A stretch of DNA of 63,688 nucleotides, filler included, from Octopus bimaculoides (lineage: Eukaryota): NCBI RefSeq assembly GCF_001194135.2. It is 6 parts of 6 records of this genome, joined end to end, with 100 filler letters (N's around TTAATTAATTAA, not from the genome) between each part and the next. Parts side by side here need not be neighbours in the genome. Positions count along the whole stretch, not along the records: positions 40,428 to 52,140 come from NC_068993.1; positions 52,241 to 55,984 come from NC_068986.1; positions 56,085 to 59,697 come from NC_068988.1; positions 59,798 to 63,688 come from NC_068990.1; 2 more parts are not named here. One strand, given 5' to 3'. This document shows, in pieces, positions 50,901-63,590 of this stretch. Made by a program: the position numbers and the translations under genes. Within the stretch, counting starts at the first letter, position 1; each line of letters opens with the position of its first letter. The notes below the pieces were generated by a model. The model did no database searches. It was not told the origin of the DNA and saw nothing but the letters and a program-made list of their open reading frames with translations.

Positions 50901-51011
50901 CTTGTGTATGAGCTTAGCATCTAATTCGAGGTATTCAGCATCAATGAGATCGTAGAAATCCAATCGTTTGTCTGTCCATTCTTGGGTAATTAAGGCATTC
51001 AGGGAGTAGTC
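50901..51011 (-). CDS. Cys-loop ligand-gated ion channel, anion-selective clade (GlyR/GluCl/HisCl-like); single internal exon DYSLNALITQEWTDKRLDFYDLIDAEYLELDAKLIHK
   Basis: Strong acceptor TTTTATTCTTCTCTGCAG, donor GTAGGT; 111 nt, phase 0 to 0, open. Aligns to GlyR alpha DYRVNIFLRQQWNDPRLAY...SLDLDPSMLDS and ends just before the expected (I/V)WxPD motif. Confidence 0.85.
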
Positions 51012-51139
51012 CTGCAGAGAAGAATAAAACCAGCAATAATATTAATGCCACACAATTTCCAAACTTCAGTCACGTTTCGGTAGGAAGGATCCATGAAATC
51101 GAATCCTGTACTTGATAAATCTTTAAGGTATTTAGAGAA

Positions 51140-51555
51140 AATAAGTGTATAAGGTGGAAGAATTTGAACTGTGAATATACATTGTCACGAGTATATATGG
51201 CAATACATTTCTATCCAGGACTTTGCTGTTTATGCTGTCGCTGTCAACAGCTATAATAATCTTTTCTAATTTTGGTACAAGGCCTGAAAATTTTGAGACA
51301 GAGGTTAGTCGGTATATCGACTCCCAAAAAATAAAAGGCAAAGCCGTCCTGGGTGGAATTTGAACTCGGAACGTAAAGAGGTAAGAAATTCTGTTAAGTA
51401 TTTTTTTTCTGGTGCCGTAACGTCTGGTAATTATATTATGGTCCCTGAAAGGATGAAAGTCAAATTCGATCACCGAGGAATCTGAACCCAAAACGTAAAG
51501 ACAGACGAAATGCGCTAAGGTCCGGCGAACTAACGATTCTGCCAGTTGGCCGCAT
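51140..51555. repeat. SINE cluster directly upstream of the Cys-loop exon
   Basis: Same family signatures, CpG largely intact. Confidence 0.75.
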
Positions 51556-51954
51556 GTTTTAAAAGTAAGCCTACCTCACTGAATATACAAATTCGATCTC
51601 AGAAGATTAGAAAAAATTCTACAAGCATGCTTCTATCCAATATAGCGCGAGAAGGGTAGAAAGGAGTGTAGTTAAATGGTATCGATATATTGTTCAACAG
51701 ATTTGAACTCGGAACATAAATAAGTATAGCTTAATACTACACGCAGATGAGATGTTCTTGTTTAACCCTAGGTCAAAGCAATCTAAAATCAATGAATGTT
51801 AGTCGTGACAAGTTTTTCTTTTCTATGCGCATGCAACCTATACGACAAGACTGTCTAATTTATCTCTTTCTAAAACCGTGAGGTGTTATTTCAGGAAGAT
51901 TGCCTGCTATTTCTGTTCAAGTAGAGGGAACATGTAGAGGGAACAATCTTTACC

Positions 51955-51994
51955 GGCCATGACGAAGGGAAATAGCCCTGAAACTCGAGTCGCC
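51955..51994 (+). ncRNA. Degenerate minimal hammerhead motif
   Basis: GGC-C(A)TGACGA-AGGG AAATAG CCCT-GAAAC-TCGA-GTC-GCC. All three stems form; the core carries an extra A. Confidence 0.5.
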
Positions 51995-52341
51995 TTTATA
52001 TATATATATTTATATTTATATATTTATATATTTGATCCTTTATATTGAACACTCAATATTTCATCTACATTCAATACTTTATTTCATGGTGCCATCCATT
52101 TTTATTTTATTTTATTTTATATTATATGTTATATTATATANNNNNNNNNNNNNNNNNNNNNNNNNNNNNNNNNNNNNNNNNNNNTTAATTAATTAANNNN
52201 NNNNNNNNNNNNNNNNNNNNNNNNNNNNNNNNNNNNNNNNAGTGTCTTCTACTATAGCCTCGGGCCGACCAAAGCCATGTAAGTGGATTTGGTAGACGGA
52301 AACTGAACGAAGCCCGTCGTCTATATATATTTATATATATA

Positions 52342-53150
52342 TTAGGTTGTCAAGAAAGTTCTTGCGGTTTTTAACCTTTAAATTCAAATGCACATATCTT
52401 GGCTCAAACAAAACTTTATTAATCGAAATAAACACCATCAGAATCAACACACTTTTGCCAATGTGAAACGAGTTTATTTATGCCATTAGCGTAAAAATCC
52501 TACGTTCTGGTGGCGATGAAGTCGTTGAAGGCGTGTTTGACATCGTCTTGATTTTTTAAAGCATTTCTAACGCAGGAACTTGTCGAGATGCTTGAAAAAG
52601 TGGTAGTTGACAGGCGAGAGGTCTGGTGAGTATGACGGATGAGACGGAGTTTCGTATCTCAATTCGTTCAACTTCTGCAGAGTCAGTTGTATGACATGCG
52701 GCCGAGCGTTGTCGTGGAGAAGAATTGGTCCTTTTCTATTGACCAATGATGGCTGTTGTTGTCGGAGTTTCTTATGCATTTCAGTCATTTGCTGACAGTA
52801 CTTCTCCGCCGTAATGGTTTCGCCTGGATCCAAAAACTGTGATGGATGAGACAGGCCGCAGACCACCAAACAGTCACCATGACCTTCTTTTAGTGCAACT
52901 TTGGCTTCGGGAAGTGCCGTGGAGCTTCGTTGGCGTCCAACCACTGAGCTGAGCGTCGCCGGTTGTCGTAAAGAATCCACTTTTCATCGCAAGTCACAAT
53001 CCGGTCGAGAAACGGGCCCTTCTTGTTACGCAAAAGAAGGGAAGACGACACTTTAAAACGGATTTTTTTTTTGTTTTGGTTGTCGTTCAATTCGTGCGGC
53101 ACCCATTTCTCAAGTATTTTTGTTTTTCCAATTCGCATAATCACCGAACC
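52342..53150 (-). mobile_element. mariner (Hsmar1-like, DD34D) transposon, 5'-truncated and decayed
   Basis: [36 protein letters not shown] motifs; terminal repeat TTAGGTTG...AAAGT..TTGCGGTTTTT at 52342 beside TA. Confidence 0.93.
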
Positions 53151-55952
53151 TGATGCTTAACTATGGTCTATCCATAGCACTTACTCACCATTACCTGATA
53201 CCTCTGGGTCTCATTGACACCACTATATGGATGAAAAATGCATTAAATACTTTAAAAAAACGTACATATAAGACAGACAAAGAAGGACCCTAATTCTTAA
53301 TCAGTTATCGACCAAAGTACTAATACTCAATTTCATGCCTTTAACGATAAGACTAGGAACTTCGTATATCAGCGGCACCCGCAAAATTTGCGGAGAATTA
53401 CGGCTGGAGCAAACAAAACAATATAGATTGTAACAATATAGAAAGTAAACAAATGTTTGACGAAGACGAAATAAATACGGCCTTTCGGCCAAACACGTGG
53501 ATGACGGGTAACGCCTAGAAGAAATTCTGAATGGATATATTCACGCACACATATATACGTACATGTATATACGAATGCATACATGCAAAATACATATATA
53601 AATGCCCATACGTATATGATTGTATGCTTGTATAAATACATATTTAAATATGTATATATACATACATACATACACACATACATACAAGTTCAGGTTTATA
53701 CCTGTAATTATTGGGGCCCCAGGATATGTAACACACTGCCTAAATACCAATCTTAAGAAATAAGGCTTCTCAAAACCAGAAAGGAGAAGCCGAATTTGAA
53801 GACTATAGATCTAATCCATCACTGGAACTGTAAAAATCTGTAAAACTTTCCAGAAATTTATCATTTAAATATATATGAGCATGTCTAGATATGTAACTAT
53901 ATGCATGAGAGTACACACATAAAACATAGAAATCCGCACATACATGCATGCATGCGTGCATACATACAAACATACATACATATATGCAATAATACCCTGT
54001 TATTGATGTTGAAATTCCAATGAAGGAACCTTGGATCTAGTTAGAAACTGGTTCTTTCTCTATTGGCAAGAAATCTTGAAATAAACTGAATAATGACATA
54101 CATACATACGTACGTACATACATGCATGCATGCATACATACATACATACATACATACATACATACAAACAAATATATGCGTACGTATATGTATGTGTGTA
54201 TGTATATATGTATGTATGCATGTACATAATAGCAAAGATGTTATTGCAAAGCCAAACTATTTCCCTCTACCCCTTGATTTCACTTCTCACGTATGTTTTC
54301 TACTGAGTCAGGTATAAAGCCTGTATTTCGATGCCCATAACTGATCAGTTAATCATGCGTGCTCCTCTACCTGTATACTCTTTTCCATCTGCCGCAACCG
54401 GGAGTGGTCTGGTTTTCTTATCCACATTATACTCTATAATCTACCGACTGCACGTGAAGTGGATCTACCTATATACAGTGTGTGTGCGTGTGTGCGTGCG
54501 TGCCTGCATGTGACGATCCAGCACGCACAGCCATTGCTAACGTTTTAACTATTATGTAACCAAACCATGCATTGATATTGAAACTGAAGTGTAAGTCACA
54601 TGACTCAAGTTTCACACCACTGCGATCGTCGGACGAAACTAACAAAACTCGGTTATTGGTATCGTGTATGTATTATATATATATATATATATGACCCGTC
54701 CTTGTTTTTTTTGTATCGTCTGTCTGGTTGTTTAGTTGTCCCCTTTTTTGTATCCTCTAACTGTCTGGATGTTTTGCGTTCTTGTCCCATTTTTGGTATT
54801 CCTTTTTATATAAATATGGCGGCGTTCGTACACTTTGGTCTCATAAATATATATATATATATATACCTATATCCGTTGATGTACGTTGGAGGTCTTCGGC
54901 TTGTATTATTTCGTTGGTTGTATATGTTCTATCTCTGGTTTGGCGCTTGTATTTCCTGTAGTTGTTGTTGTTGGGGGATGTTATTAATTTGCTTATGCTA
55001 TGTTAGTAGGTTGGTGGTAGATGTTGGTTGTTGATTTATCTTACTGCCAGGAAATGCTAAAGGTACTCGTGATACCAGGTGGTGGTATTAAACTGGGCAA
55101 TGAATTTAAGTCTGCTACCCAAGACGTGTGTGTGTACGTTTCATTGTCTTGTGTGTGTGTGTGTGTGTGTCTTGACGACCCTGACGATTGTTTCGTTAGC
55201 ACTCCGGCGTATCTTTGGCTAACAGGGTACTGAGAAGGAATTCCAATGACAGACTCAGTCCATCAACCAACCAACCATGCAAGCAGCGCCATATCAAATA
55301 CTCAAAAGATATCCGCTTCTCTGCAAACCCGATGATTCAGCAGCACTTTACTGTATATGTCATGCAGTGTCAAAGTAATAATAAAGGGATATGAATGGAG
55401 TTTCGTTTTCGTTCAAATTAAGTGCAGGGCGTTACACAGAAAGTGTAAAGCCTCATGTTTCAGTTAGAAATCAATAGCAACATGATCCATTATTCCCAGA
55501 TATGAGTTCTATTTTCCTCCCACATTCAGACTATCAGCTTTTGAAATCTATTTTTCATCGGTGTATCTTTGTAGGATTTAAAATTAAGAGTTAAATTAAA
55601 AAGATTTCAAATAATTCTAAAGTAGTATTTTTTTTTCTCATTCGTTATTATTTTTGAGTGATTACACATATGAGTTGCTTGAAGAAAGAAAAACGTTATC
55701 TAACGAGTTATAAGAATTAGGAATAGTTTTTGTTTTTCTCTTTCGATTTTTATGGAAGATTATCTGTGAGTTATGTAGAATAAATATTAAGCAATGAAGA
55801 AAATATCGAATAAAACAGAATTGTTTTTAGTTGAGATTATAGCTTAGTTCTTATCTTAGCAGGATAAAGCCATTCAGTTCTTTAATGCATAATCATGTGT
55901 ATGAATATATATGCAGGTATATGTATATGGTGTTTTTATGTATGCATGCACC

Positions 55953-55984
<32 letters not shown>

Positions 55985-56084
55985 NNNNNNNNNNNNNNNN
56001 NNNNNNNNNNNNNNNNNNNNNNNNNNNNTTAATTAATTAANNNNNNNNNNNNNNNNNNNNNNNNNNNNNNNNNNNNNNNNNNNN

Positions 56085-56392
56085 AGATTGTTGCCAGTTC
56101 TGGGATTTTCGAGGGGGATCGTTGTTGGTGCCCCTGGGCTGGCTCTTGTGCGGGTGACACATAAAAGACACCATTTCGAGCGTGGCCGTTTTCGTGTGGG
56201 TGACACGTAAAAACACCCACTACACTCTCTGAGTGGTTGGCGTTAGGAAGGGCATCCAGCTGTAGAAACTCTGCCAAATCAGATTGAAGGCTGGTGTTGC
56301 CATCCGGTTTCACCAGTCCTCAGTCAAATCATCCAACCCATGCTAGCATGGAAGGCGGACGTTAAACGATGATGATGATGATGATGATGATG
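56085..56392 (+). repeat. Young RTE-tail copy
   Basis: Near-identical to 4982-5213. Confidence 0.9.
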
Positions 56393-56890
56393 AGTCAGAG
56401 TTAGTATTGTTTTACTGACTCTGATTCCAGCTACCCCTTAATTGATTCTGACTCCAACTCCACAGCCCTGTGACCAACCAGTTTTTTTCTTTCCAGTTAT
56501 GGTGTATCTAAAACTACATTTATTAAATGGATTCTTTTTTTATTTTTTAAGAGGATTTATTGTGATTTGTAGAAGATTTAGTCAATATTCACAGTAGATC
56601 AAGTAACTGCAAAATGGCTCCTTTGTGGAACATTGAAGACTATGGAAAATGACAAAAGTTAATAAAAGATTCTAGCCCATCATTTTGAGTTGAGGAATTG
56701 TTTTGGCTTTTGCAGAGACAAAATAAGGAAATGTAACGATGATCAAAAGGAATTACCTATTCTTCATAGTTGCGTCTTTTACTCCTAAATGATATGGCTG
56801 CTCTGATGCTATGTCATTTTATATTGTCGACTTAGAAATATGATTAATTTGTCTTAGAAAATATCTTGAAGCATTAAGAATTTTTATTGC

Positions 56891-57336
56891 TAACCGTTTT
56901 GTTATCATATTTCTATTGAACTATTGAACACCATTGCCTTTGTTTCTACTAATTTTGAAAATAATGGAGAATTTAGTTAGATAACTTAGACATTGTTAAG
57001 CTGCTGTTTAGCACAGGAATTAAACATGAAATTTCAAGGAAAGGTTTTAATTTAGATCCCTTTAAAATAAGTTTATATTACAAAACCAAGGATAGTTTGG
57101 AGTAGGCTGGCATCAAATGTGTTGACCCTTTTGTGAGCATGTTTCTGTTGAAATACACTGCGTTTCAATTAATTTTTAAAAAAAATAATAAAGAATTTGA
57201 TAAAATTAACTCTCTCGTTATTAAACTGGTGTTTGGAATATAAATTAACATGAAATTTTGAGGGAAGGTTTTAACTGGAAACTTTGCATCATAGTACTAG
57301 GGGCAGTCTCAGATGGTTTGGTATTAGAATGGTTAA
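56891..57336. mobile_element. Two tandem piggyBac-like MITE copies
   Basis: Related units start TAACCGTTTTGTTATCATATTTCT (56891) and TTGACCCTTTTGTGAGCATGTTTCT (57122); the second ends AATGGTTAA. Confidence 0.45.
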
Positions 57337-57656
57337 ATAGGCAGAAATTATTTATAGAGTGCAAATACAGTTTAGATAAAAGAATTACCTTTTTTTTCCC
57401 CTTGTGAGAGACATTTTTATTTATTTAAAAACCTCTTTTAATGGATCACCTTTAATTTTTATTTTCATTTTTGGTTTTTAAAAAATAAATTCATGAATAT
57501 ATTCAAAAGGCCGACAGCTCAGATTTAGCATAAAATAATAAAATAACATACAATAATGAAATAACATAAAATAATCAATGCATTGGTTTTTGTTAATGTA
57601 GCTTGACTGCACATTTGCATAATTATTGCTGGCTTGTAGACTGTAAAAAACAAACA

Positions 57657-57694
<38 letters not shown>

Positions 57695-57713
57695 CCATCA
57701 TCACCATCACCAC

Positions 57714-57769
<56 letters not shown>

Positions 57770-57812
57770 CCATCACCATCACCATCACCATCATCATCAT
57801 CATCATCATCAT
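57657..57812. repeat. (CAT/CAC)n microsatellite
   Basis: Direct inspection. Confidence 0.98.
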
Positions 57813-58187
57813 TTAACGTTCATTTTCCAAGCTGGCAACCAATAAACTTGTTCTTTTCCTTCGTTGTATCTTAACTTTGGAGAATTCCTGATTCTTGAGA
57901 TGATCTCCCCTTCCTCAACAGGAACTGCTCTTAATTACTGCTTGCTAATTAAAACACATCCACTAGAGGTGGAGATAATTTTAATAAATGAAGAATTCAT
58001 GTGTTATGGTATTTAATACACCTGTATTTGTCTATTCTGCTCAAATACAAGCCCACTGCCCTCTCAGTTATTTCTCTTAAGCCAATTTTATGTTTAAATG
58101 ACATTTGATAAAATTGTATTCATATATATGTGTATGTGTGTGTGCATATGTATATATATAGCTGTGTTTCTATGTAACTATGTGTGC

Positions 58188-58229
<42 letters not shown>

Positions 58230-58504
58230 TTTGTTCTNNNNNNNNNNNNNNNNNNNNNNNNNNNNNNNNNNNNNNNNNNNNNNNNNNNNNNNNNNNNNNN
58301 NNNNNNNNNNNNNNNNNNNNNNNNNNNNNNNNNNNNNNNNNNNNNNNNNNNNNNNNNNNNNNNNNNNNNNNNNNNNNNNNNNNNNNNNNNNNNNNNNNNN
58401 NNNNNNNNNNNNNNNNNNNNNNNNNNNNNNNNNNNNNNNNNNNNNNNNNNNNNNNNNNNNNNNNNNNNNNNNNNNNNNNNNNNNNNNNNNNNNNNNNNNN
58501 NNNN

Positions 58505-58536
<32 letters not shown>

Positions 58537-58554
58537 AGTGTCATGCAAATTGGC

Positions 58555-58785
58555 ACCTGTACTGGTGGCACATAAACACAACCTGGTGTCACACAAATGG
58601 CACCCAAGCCGGTGGCACATAAAAACACCCATTACACTCTCAGAGTAGTTGGCATTAGGAAGGGCATCCAGCCATAGAAAACCATGCTAAATCAGATTGG
58701 AGTCTGGTGCAGCTTTTCAGCATGCTAACCCAGTCAAACCATCCAACCCATGCCAGCATGGGCAACAGACGTTAAATGATGATAT
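58555..58785 (+). repeat. Older, CpG-decayed RTE-tail copy
   Basis: Family signature with CG to TG/CA changes. Confidence 0.8.
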
Positions 58786-59435
58786 ATGTATGTGTGTGTA
58801 TGTGTGTATATATTTATACACACACACACATAAATGCTTTTACACACATGTTTGTACATGTCTGTAGAGTCTTATGCTACAGAATCATGATGCTTTTTGA
58901 CATTTAGAGAACATTTCAAAACAAAAATTTAAAGATCTCGGAACCACCAAATTATTGATTCCTACCAATACAATGCCTCATCAAAGAGAAACGAATGAAT
59001 TGAGCTTTTTTTAAAATTTTATTTTATGCATATACATATATTTTTCATCTTTTACTTGTTTCAATCATTACACTGCGACCATACTGGAGCACCACCTTCT
59101 AGAATTGGCCCCAGTACTTATTTTTGATTTTTAAAATCTGGTACTCATTCCATTGGTCTCTTTTGTCAAACTGCTAAGTTACAGAGATGTAAACACAAAC
59201 ACTGATTGTCAAGTGGTGGTGTCAAGTTCTCCTTCGTAGAGTAACTGCTGCATTTGTTGAGTATATAAGCAGTTTGGCTGCTTGCTTCTCTGGAAATTGT
59301 CAAAGTGATGTGGACACCTGATGAGAACCCAGTAAGGTTTGAAAATTGATTAAGGTTGTTCATAATTTTTTTTCAGTCTGCAGAGAAATGGCAAAAATTT
59401 GCCCTGTTTATAATTATACCCCATGTTAAGTATAT

Positions 59436-59697
59436 ATATCATCATCATCATCGTTTAACGTCTGCTTTCCATGCTAGCATGGGTTGGACGATTTGACTGA
59501 GGACTGGTGAAACCGGATGGCAACACCAGGCTCCAATCTAATTTGGCAGAGTTTCTACAGCTGGATGCCCTTCCTAACGCCAACCACTCAGAGACTGTAG
59601 TGGGTGCTTTTACGTGTCACCCGCACGAAAACGGCCACGCTCAAAATGGTGCATCTCATGTGCCACCCGCACAAGAACCAGTCCAGGGGCACTGGCA
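59436..59697 (-). repeat. Young RTE-tail copy
   Basis: Near-identical to 3211-3403. Confidence 0.9.
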
Positions 59698-59830
59698 NNN
59701 NNNNNNNNNNNNNNNNNNNNNNNNNNNNNNNNNNNNNNNNNTTAATTAATTAANNNNNNNNNNNNNNNNNNNNNNNNNNNNNNNNNNNNNNNNNNNNTGG
59801 TGTGAGATACGTAAATATATATATATATGT

Positions 59831-59877
<47 letters not shown>

Positions 59878-59906
59878 CATATATATGCTTGTATGTATTG
59901 TATGTA

Positions 59907-60060
59907 AAGGAGGCGCAATGGCGCAGTCATTAGGGCAGCGGTTCGCGGTCGTAGGATCGCGGCTTGGATTCCCAGACCAGGTATTGCGAATGTTTATTGA
60001 GTGAAAATACCTAAAGCTCCACGAGGCTTCGGCGGGGGTGTGGTGGTGAACAAAACAACC
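59907..60060 (+). repeat. tRNA-derived SINE head (third family)
   Basis: GGCGCAATGGCGCAGTCATTAGGGCAGCGG...GGCTTGGATTCCCAGACC; degenerate cloverleaf with a non-tRNA 3' extension. Confidence 0.65.
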
Positions 60061-60129
60061 ATCTCGTTTCCAGATGTCCTACGCTGACACCAACCGATTA
60101 CAGAAGTGACCATGATAGAGTAGGACAGT

Positions 60130-60420
60130 ATTTACATTGGAAAATATGTAAACACAACAGAAAGTGTACCCGCTGAAAAAAATACGTAAAGGAATTTGAC
60201 CAATTCAGAAAGTATAAGGACCTGGAAATTGAAATACGTAAGATGAGGCATCTTAAAGCAAAAAGTGCTCCCGTTATTGTAGATGCCCTACGTATGGTAA
60301 AATGGATTTCAGAAACATCTGCACAACATCCCAGGAAATCCATTTCTCAGGGAAATCCAAAAAGATTGTGCTGAGAAATACTGCTCACATCCTTAGAAAA
60401 ACCCTATCAATTTATATGCC
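60130..60420 (+). mobile_element. R4/Dong-type C-terminal fragment
   Basis: KYKDLEIEIRKMRHLK...PVIVDAL and IVLRNTAHILRKTLS. Confidence 0.75.
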
Positions 60421-60584
60421 TTTTGTTGTGTTACACGGAGATAATTCGGTACTGCCCCTGCAACTGTCCCTCCACAAGCTTTCATTTATACTGTAACCTC
60501 TCTTATCTTTCACTTGCCCTAGGTCGCTGGGTGTGTCTCGGCATGTTATTGTTACAAACATAGAGAATAAATATAAATGACAAT

Positions 60585-60812
60585 AATCCTTTCTACTATA
60601 AGTAAAAGGTCTGAAATTTGAGGGGAGGAGAGGGGTGGGGGTCAGTCGATTACATCGACTCCATTGTTGAACTGGTACTCATTTTATCGGCTCTAAAACG
60701 ATGAAGGTAAAGTCGACCTCAGCGGAATTTTAACTCAGAAATTAAAAGACGGGCGAAATGCCGCTAAGCATTTTATCCGGCGTGCTAAAGATTCTGCCAG
60801 CTCGCTGCCTTA
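60585..60812 (+). repeat. CpG-intact copy of the (AAT)n-associated SINE
   Basis: GTCGACCTCAGCGGAATTT...GCCGCTAAGCATT..CCGGCGTGCTAA. Confidence 0.85.
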
Positions 60813-60820
60813 GCAACACC

Positions 60821-60868
<48 letters not shown>

Positions 60869-60904
60869 AATAATAATAATTATAAGAATAAGAATAATAA
60901 TAAC

Positions 60905-61160
60905 AATAATAATATAAAAACAGAAACAATTCCATTCATAGTGGGCGCATTAGGTATGATGAAAAAACATTCAGACAAATGCATAACAAAAACACCAAGA
61001 CTAAGAAATATACATAACATACAGAAAATAGCACTACTAGGCACTGCACACATCCTACGTAAACACATTCAATACAGTAACCATAAGAACATCACAGCAA
61101 ACCACAACACATACATACCCAAGGCACACAGAGCTGCGCTCGGTTGTGCAGTGAAAGCAC
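60905..61160 (+). mobile_element. R4/Dong-type C-terminal fragment and 3' UTR flanked by (AAT/AAC)n
   Basis: KTETIPFIVGALGMMKK...IQKIALLGTAHILRK. Confidence 0.8.
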
Positions 61161-61227
61161 GTTATACAAATAAGGCTACTGAATAACAACAACAACAACA
61201 ACAACAATAATAATAATAATAATAAGG

Positions 61228-61299
<72 letters not shown>

Positions 61300-63528
61300 T
61301 TTTTGTTTTCTTCACTTCTGCTTTTGTCCTTGCTTTTCAAAGATGTATTTTTACTTCTTTCTCAGAGCGTTGAATTCATTCAAGTATCAATACATGAACA
61401 TTTGTTTAGAATACTTGCCAAAGAGATTTTTTTTTTTGCTTACACAGTTTTACCGAAAACGTATAACATCCTAAATGCCAAAAGAAACTGTTGAAATAAA
61501 AACTGCAAGAATAATTAAACAATGACTGTGCTAATCATTCTTTAGTATAAGAAATAGTATCTAGAAAATTCTAAGAAATAATTTTAAACTTGGCGCACAG
61601 AAACAAACATGAGAAAAGGGGTTTTATAATAGTTTTCCTAAATGTAACCTCAACTAAGACAATTTATAGAATCTACACTATTCTCGGAAAATACTATTTG
61701 TATGCACGTGTGAAATTGAACTAGCGAGCGCTGTCATGTGCGGTTGTTTTTAGCTTAAGCAGGGAGAAACATACTTTACTAAGAAATAGAAGAGTGGAGA
61801 AATTTCCCTCAAGGCGAGAGAATCGCTGAGAGATATAGATTTTATTTATATTTTTTATACACTTATCTTATGCGAGTAGATATTGCTATATAATTCATTC
61901 TTAGTTTATGTTTTGTTTGTCCTAGTAGCTGCAAGCAGATGCAGATAGATTCATTTCACTCTGATTTGGAGCTTGTCAATGCACCCCAAATTGCATGGTT
62001 TGTCTACAACCAAGCTGTAGCACTAATCAAATTCAGAGAAATAAAATAATATATCCCTCGTTAGAGATGGCGATGTTACAGAACTGTCATGAAATTGATT
62101 CCCTCATGGCCTTACAAGGCATTGTGAGAGAAATTCTCTGTAACTGAGAAATTATGTTATAATAGTTTCTTTTAAAAATCTTAAAGCTCTATTTTAGTCT
62201 TATTTTCATAAATGAAAGTGCAAAAGTTATATGAGTGGTCTGTAATTGAGAACAACTTGAAGATTTGTAGCGATACACAACAGAATAGAAAATGCCTGAG
62301 TTTAACCTTTATGTAGTTAGCAAACATCAGCTTTATTGAAACACTCCAAACACAAGTGGAATTGCGATATTTTCAGCATCGAAAACTGCTGGCCTATTTT
62401 GTTGACACTGCATCAACTTCATCAATGCTACCATTGGTCTCACGGGGAATACACTACATGTATACATAAAATCTTTATAAAGAATATATTATAAAAGGTC
62501 TCGTTTAATAGAAAATAGGATTGTTTCGATAAAGTAATAATCGGATGGAATGGCAATAGAAAGAGGAAATCTAAATTTATTTTTATATCCACAACTTTAG
62601 AAATTTGGATTCTGCATTGGTGAGTAACTTTTGGCACTCTTCTTTCAATTTGGCAACTAGTAAAGAATCTCATACAACACTGCCGATGCTTGTCTATTCC
62701 AAGAAATCAACTTCATCATGGCTATTGTCTTCAGTTTCATAATTATCACAGCAGACAAATTGATACTATGATGCTGATTCTGAAGCACAAAAAAACCTTC
62801 GTTTCCTTGTTTCATATGTCCCTCAATAATGTATTTAGATTACCTAGTCTTTGTGGGAATTTGTGCCATAGTTTTTGTTTTCTTCACAAAGTTACTCTCA
62901 GTTGGCATTGTTTCAAAGTTTTCGCTTGTTGGATTTCTTGAATATTTGTGTATTCTTCTTTTGTATTTCTCTTTCCTACACTTCTTTCCGTTTCCGTCCT
63001 GGTAACATTTGCTATACTGCATTGTGTATGCAATAGTACTTAAATACCTATATTTTATGGGTATAGAAAACAGAAAGGTATCGCGATTTTCACTGCAATT
63101 TATAATAATGGATTATTATAATATTTAGTGTATTGTTGGTTCGAATGATATTGTCTATGTCGTTATTTTGATACAAGTATAGACGCATTGATAAGAAATA
63201 TTCTAGATAGAGAAACAATAGCACTCGGGAAAATTAATAAAATTTAGATAGGAGACAAGTCACGTACAAAAAGGTAAACTTTATTCATCATAGTTATAAT
63301 GTCTTATGTAGTATATGAATTCAGGAAAAGACAAATAAAAAGCAACTATTTGTCACACAATTCCATTGAATTGTGTATTTCAATGTATTTCTTCACATTC
63401 TTATGAGAGACTTATCTCACTCCACCTATTTCCACATTTCATTGTGAAAAAATATCAAGGTCGGTAAAAGTTCTAAATTATACTGAATGGTTAAGTCAAA
63501 GAAGCAGATATTGTTATTTTATTCCAAA

Positions 63529-63575
<47 letters not shown>

Positions 63576-63590
63576 TGTGTGTGTGTGTGT

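Noticed and set aside
18900-51011. Functional coupling between the bicarbonate transporter and the neighbouring anion channel as a gene cluster
   Set aside because: An artificial join separates them and adjacency alone is not evidence in an animal genome
53455-53500. GGCC-TTTC-GGCC hairpin as another hammerhead
   Set aside because: CTGAnGA and GAAA cannot be placed correctly around it on either strand
54380-54440. Minus-strand ...DKKTRP as the Cys-loop YDxRxRP exon
   Set aside because: Poor match, nearby upstream stop, no supporting downstream motif
57525-57845. Poly-Met/poly-His ORFs and the many [16 protein letters not shown] and poly-Leu ORFs
   Set aside because: Translations of microsatellites
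59907-59985. Functional tRNA gene
   Set aside because: Degenerate stems and boxes and continuation into a repeat body; a SINE head (same for 15112)
62240-63030. Possible decayed DNA-transposon coding region
   Set aside because: A-rich minus strand with short acidic stretches but no recognisable motif
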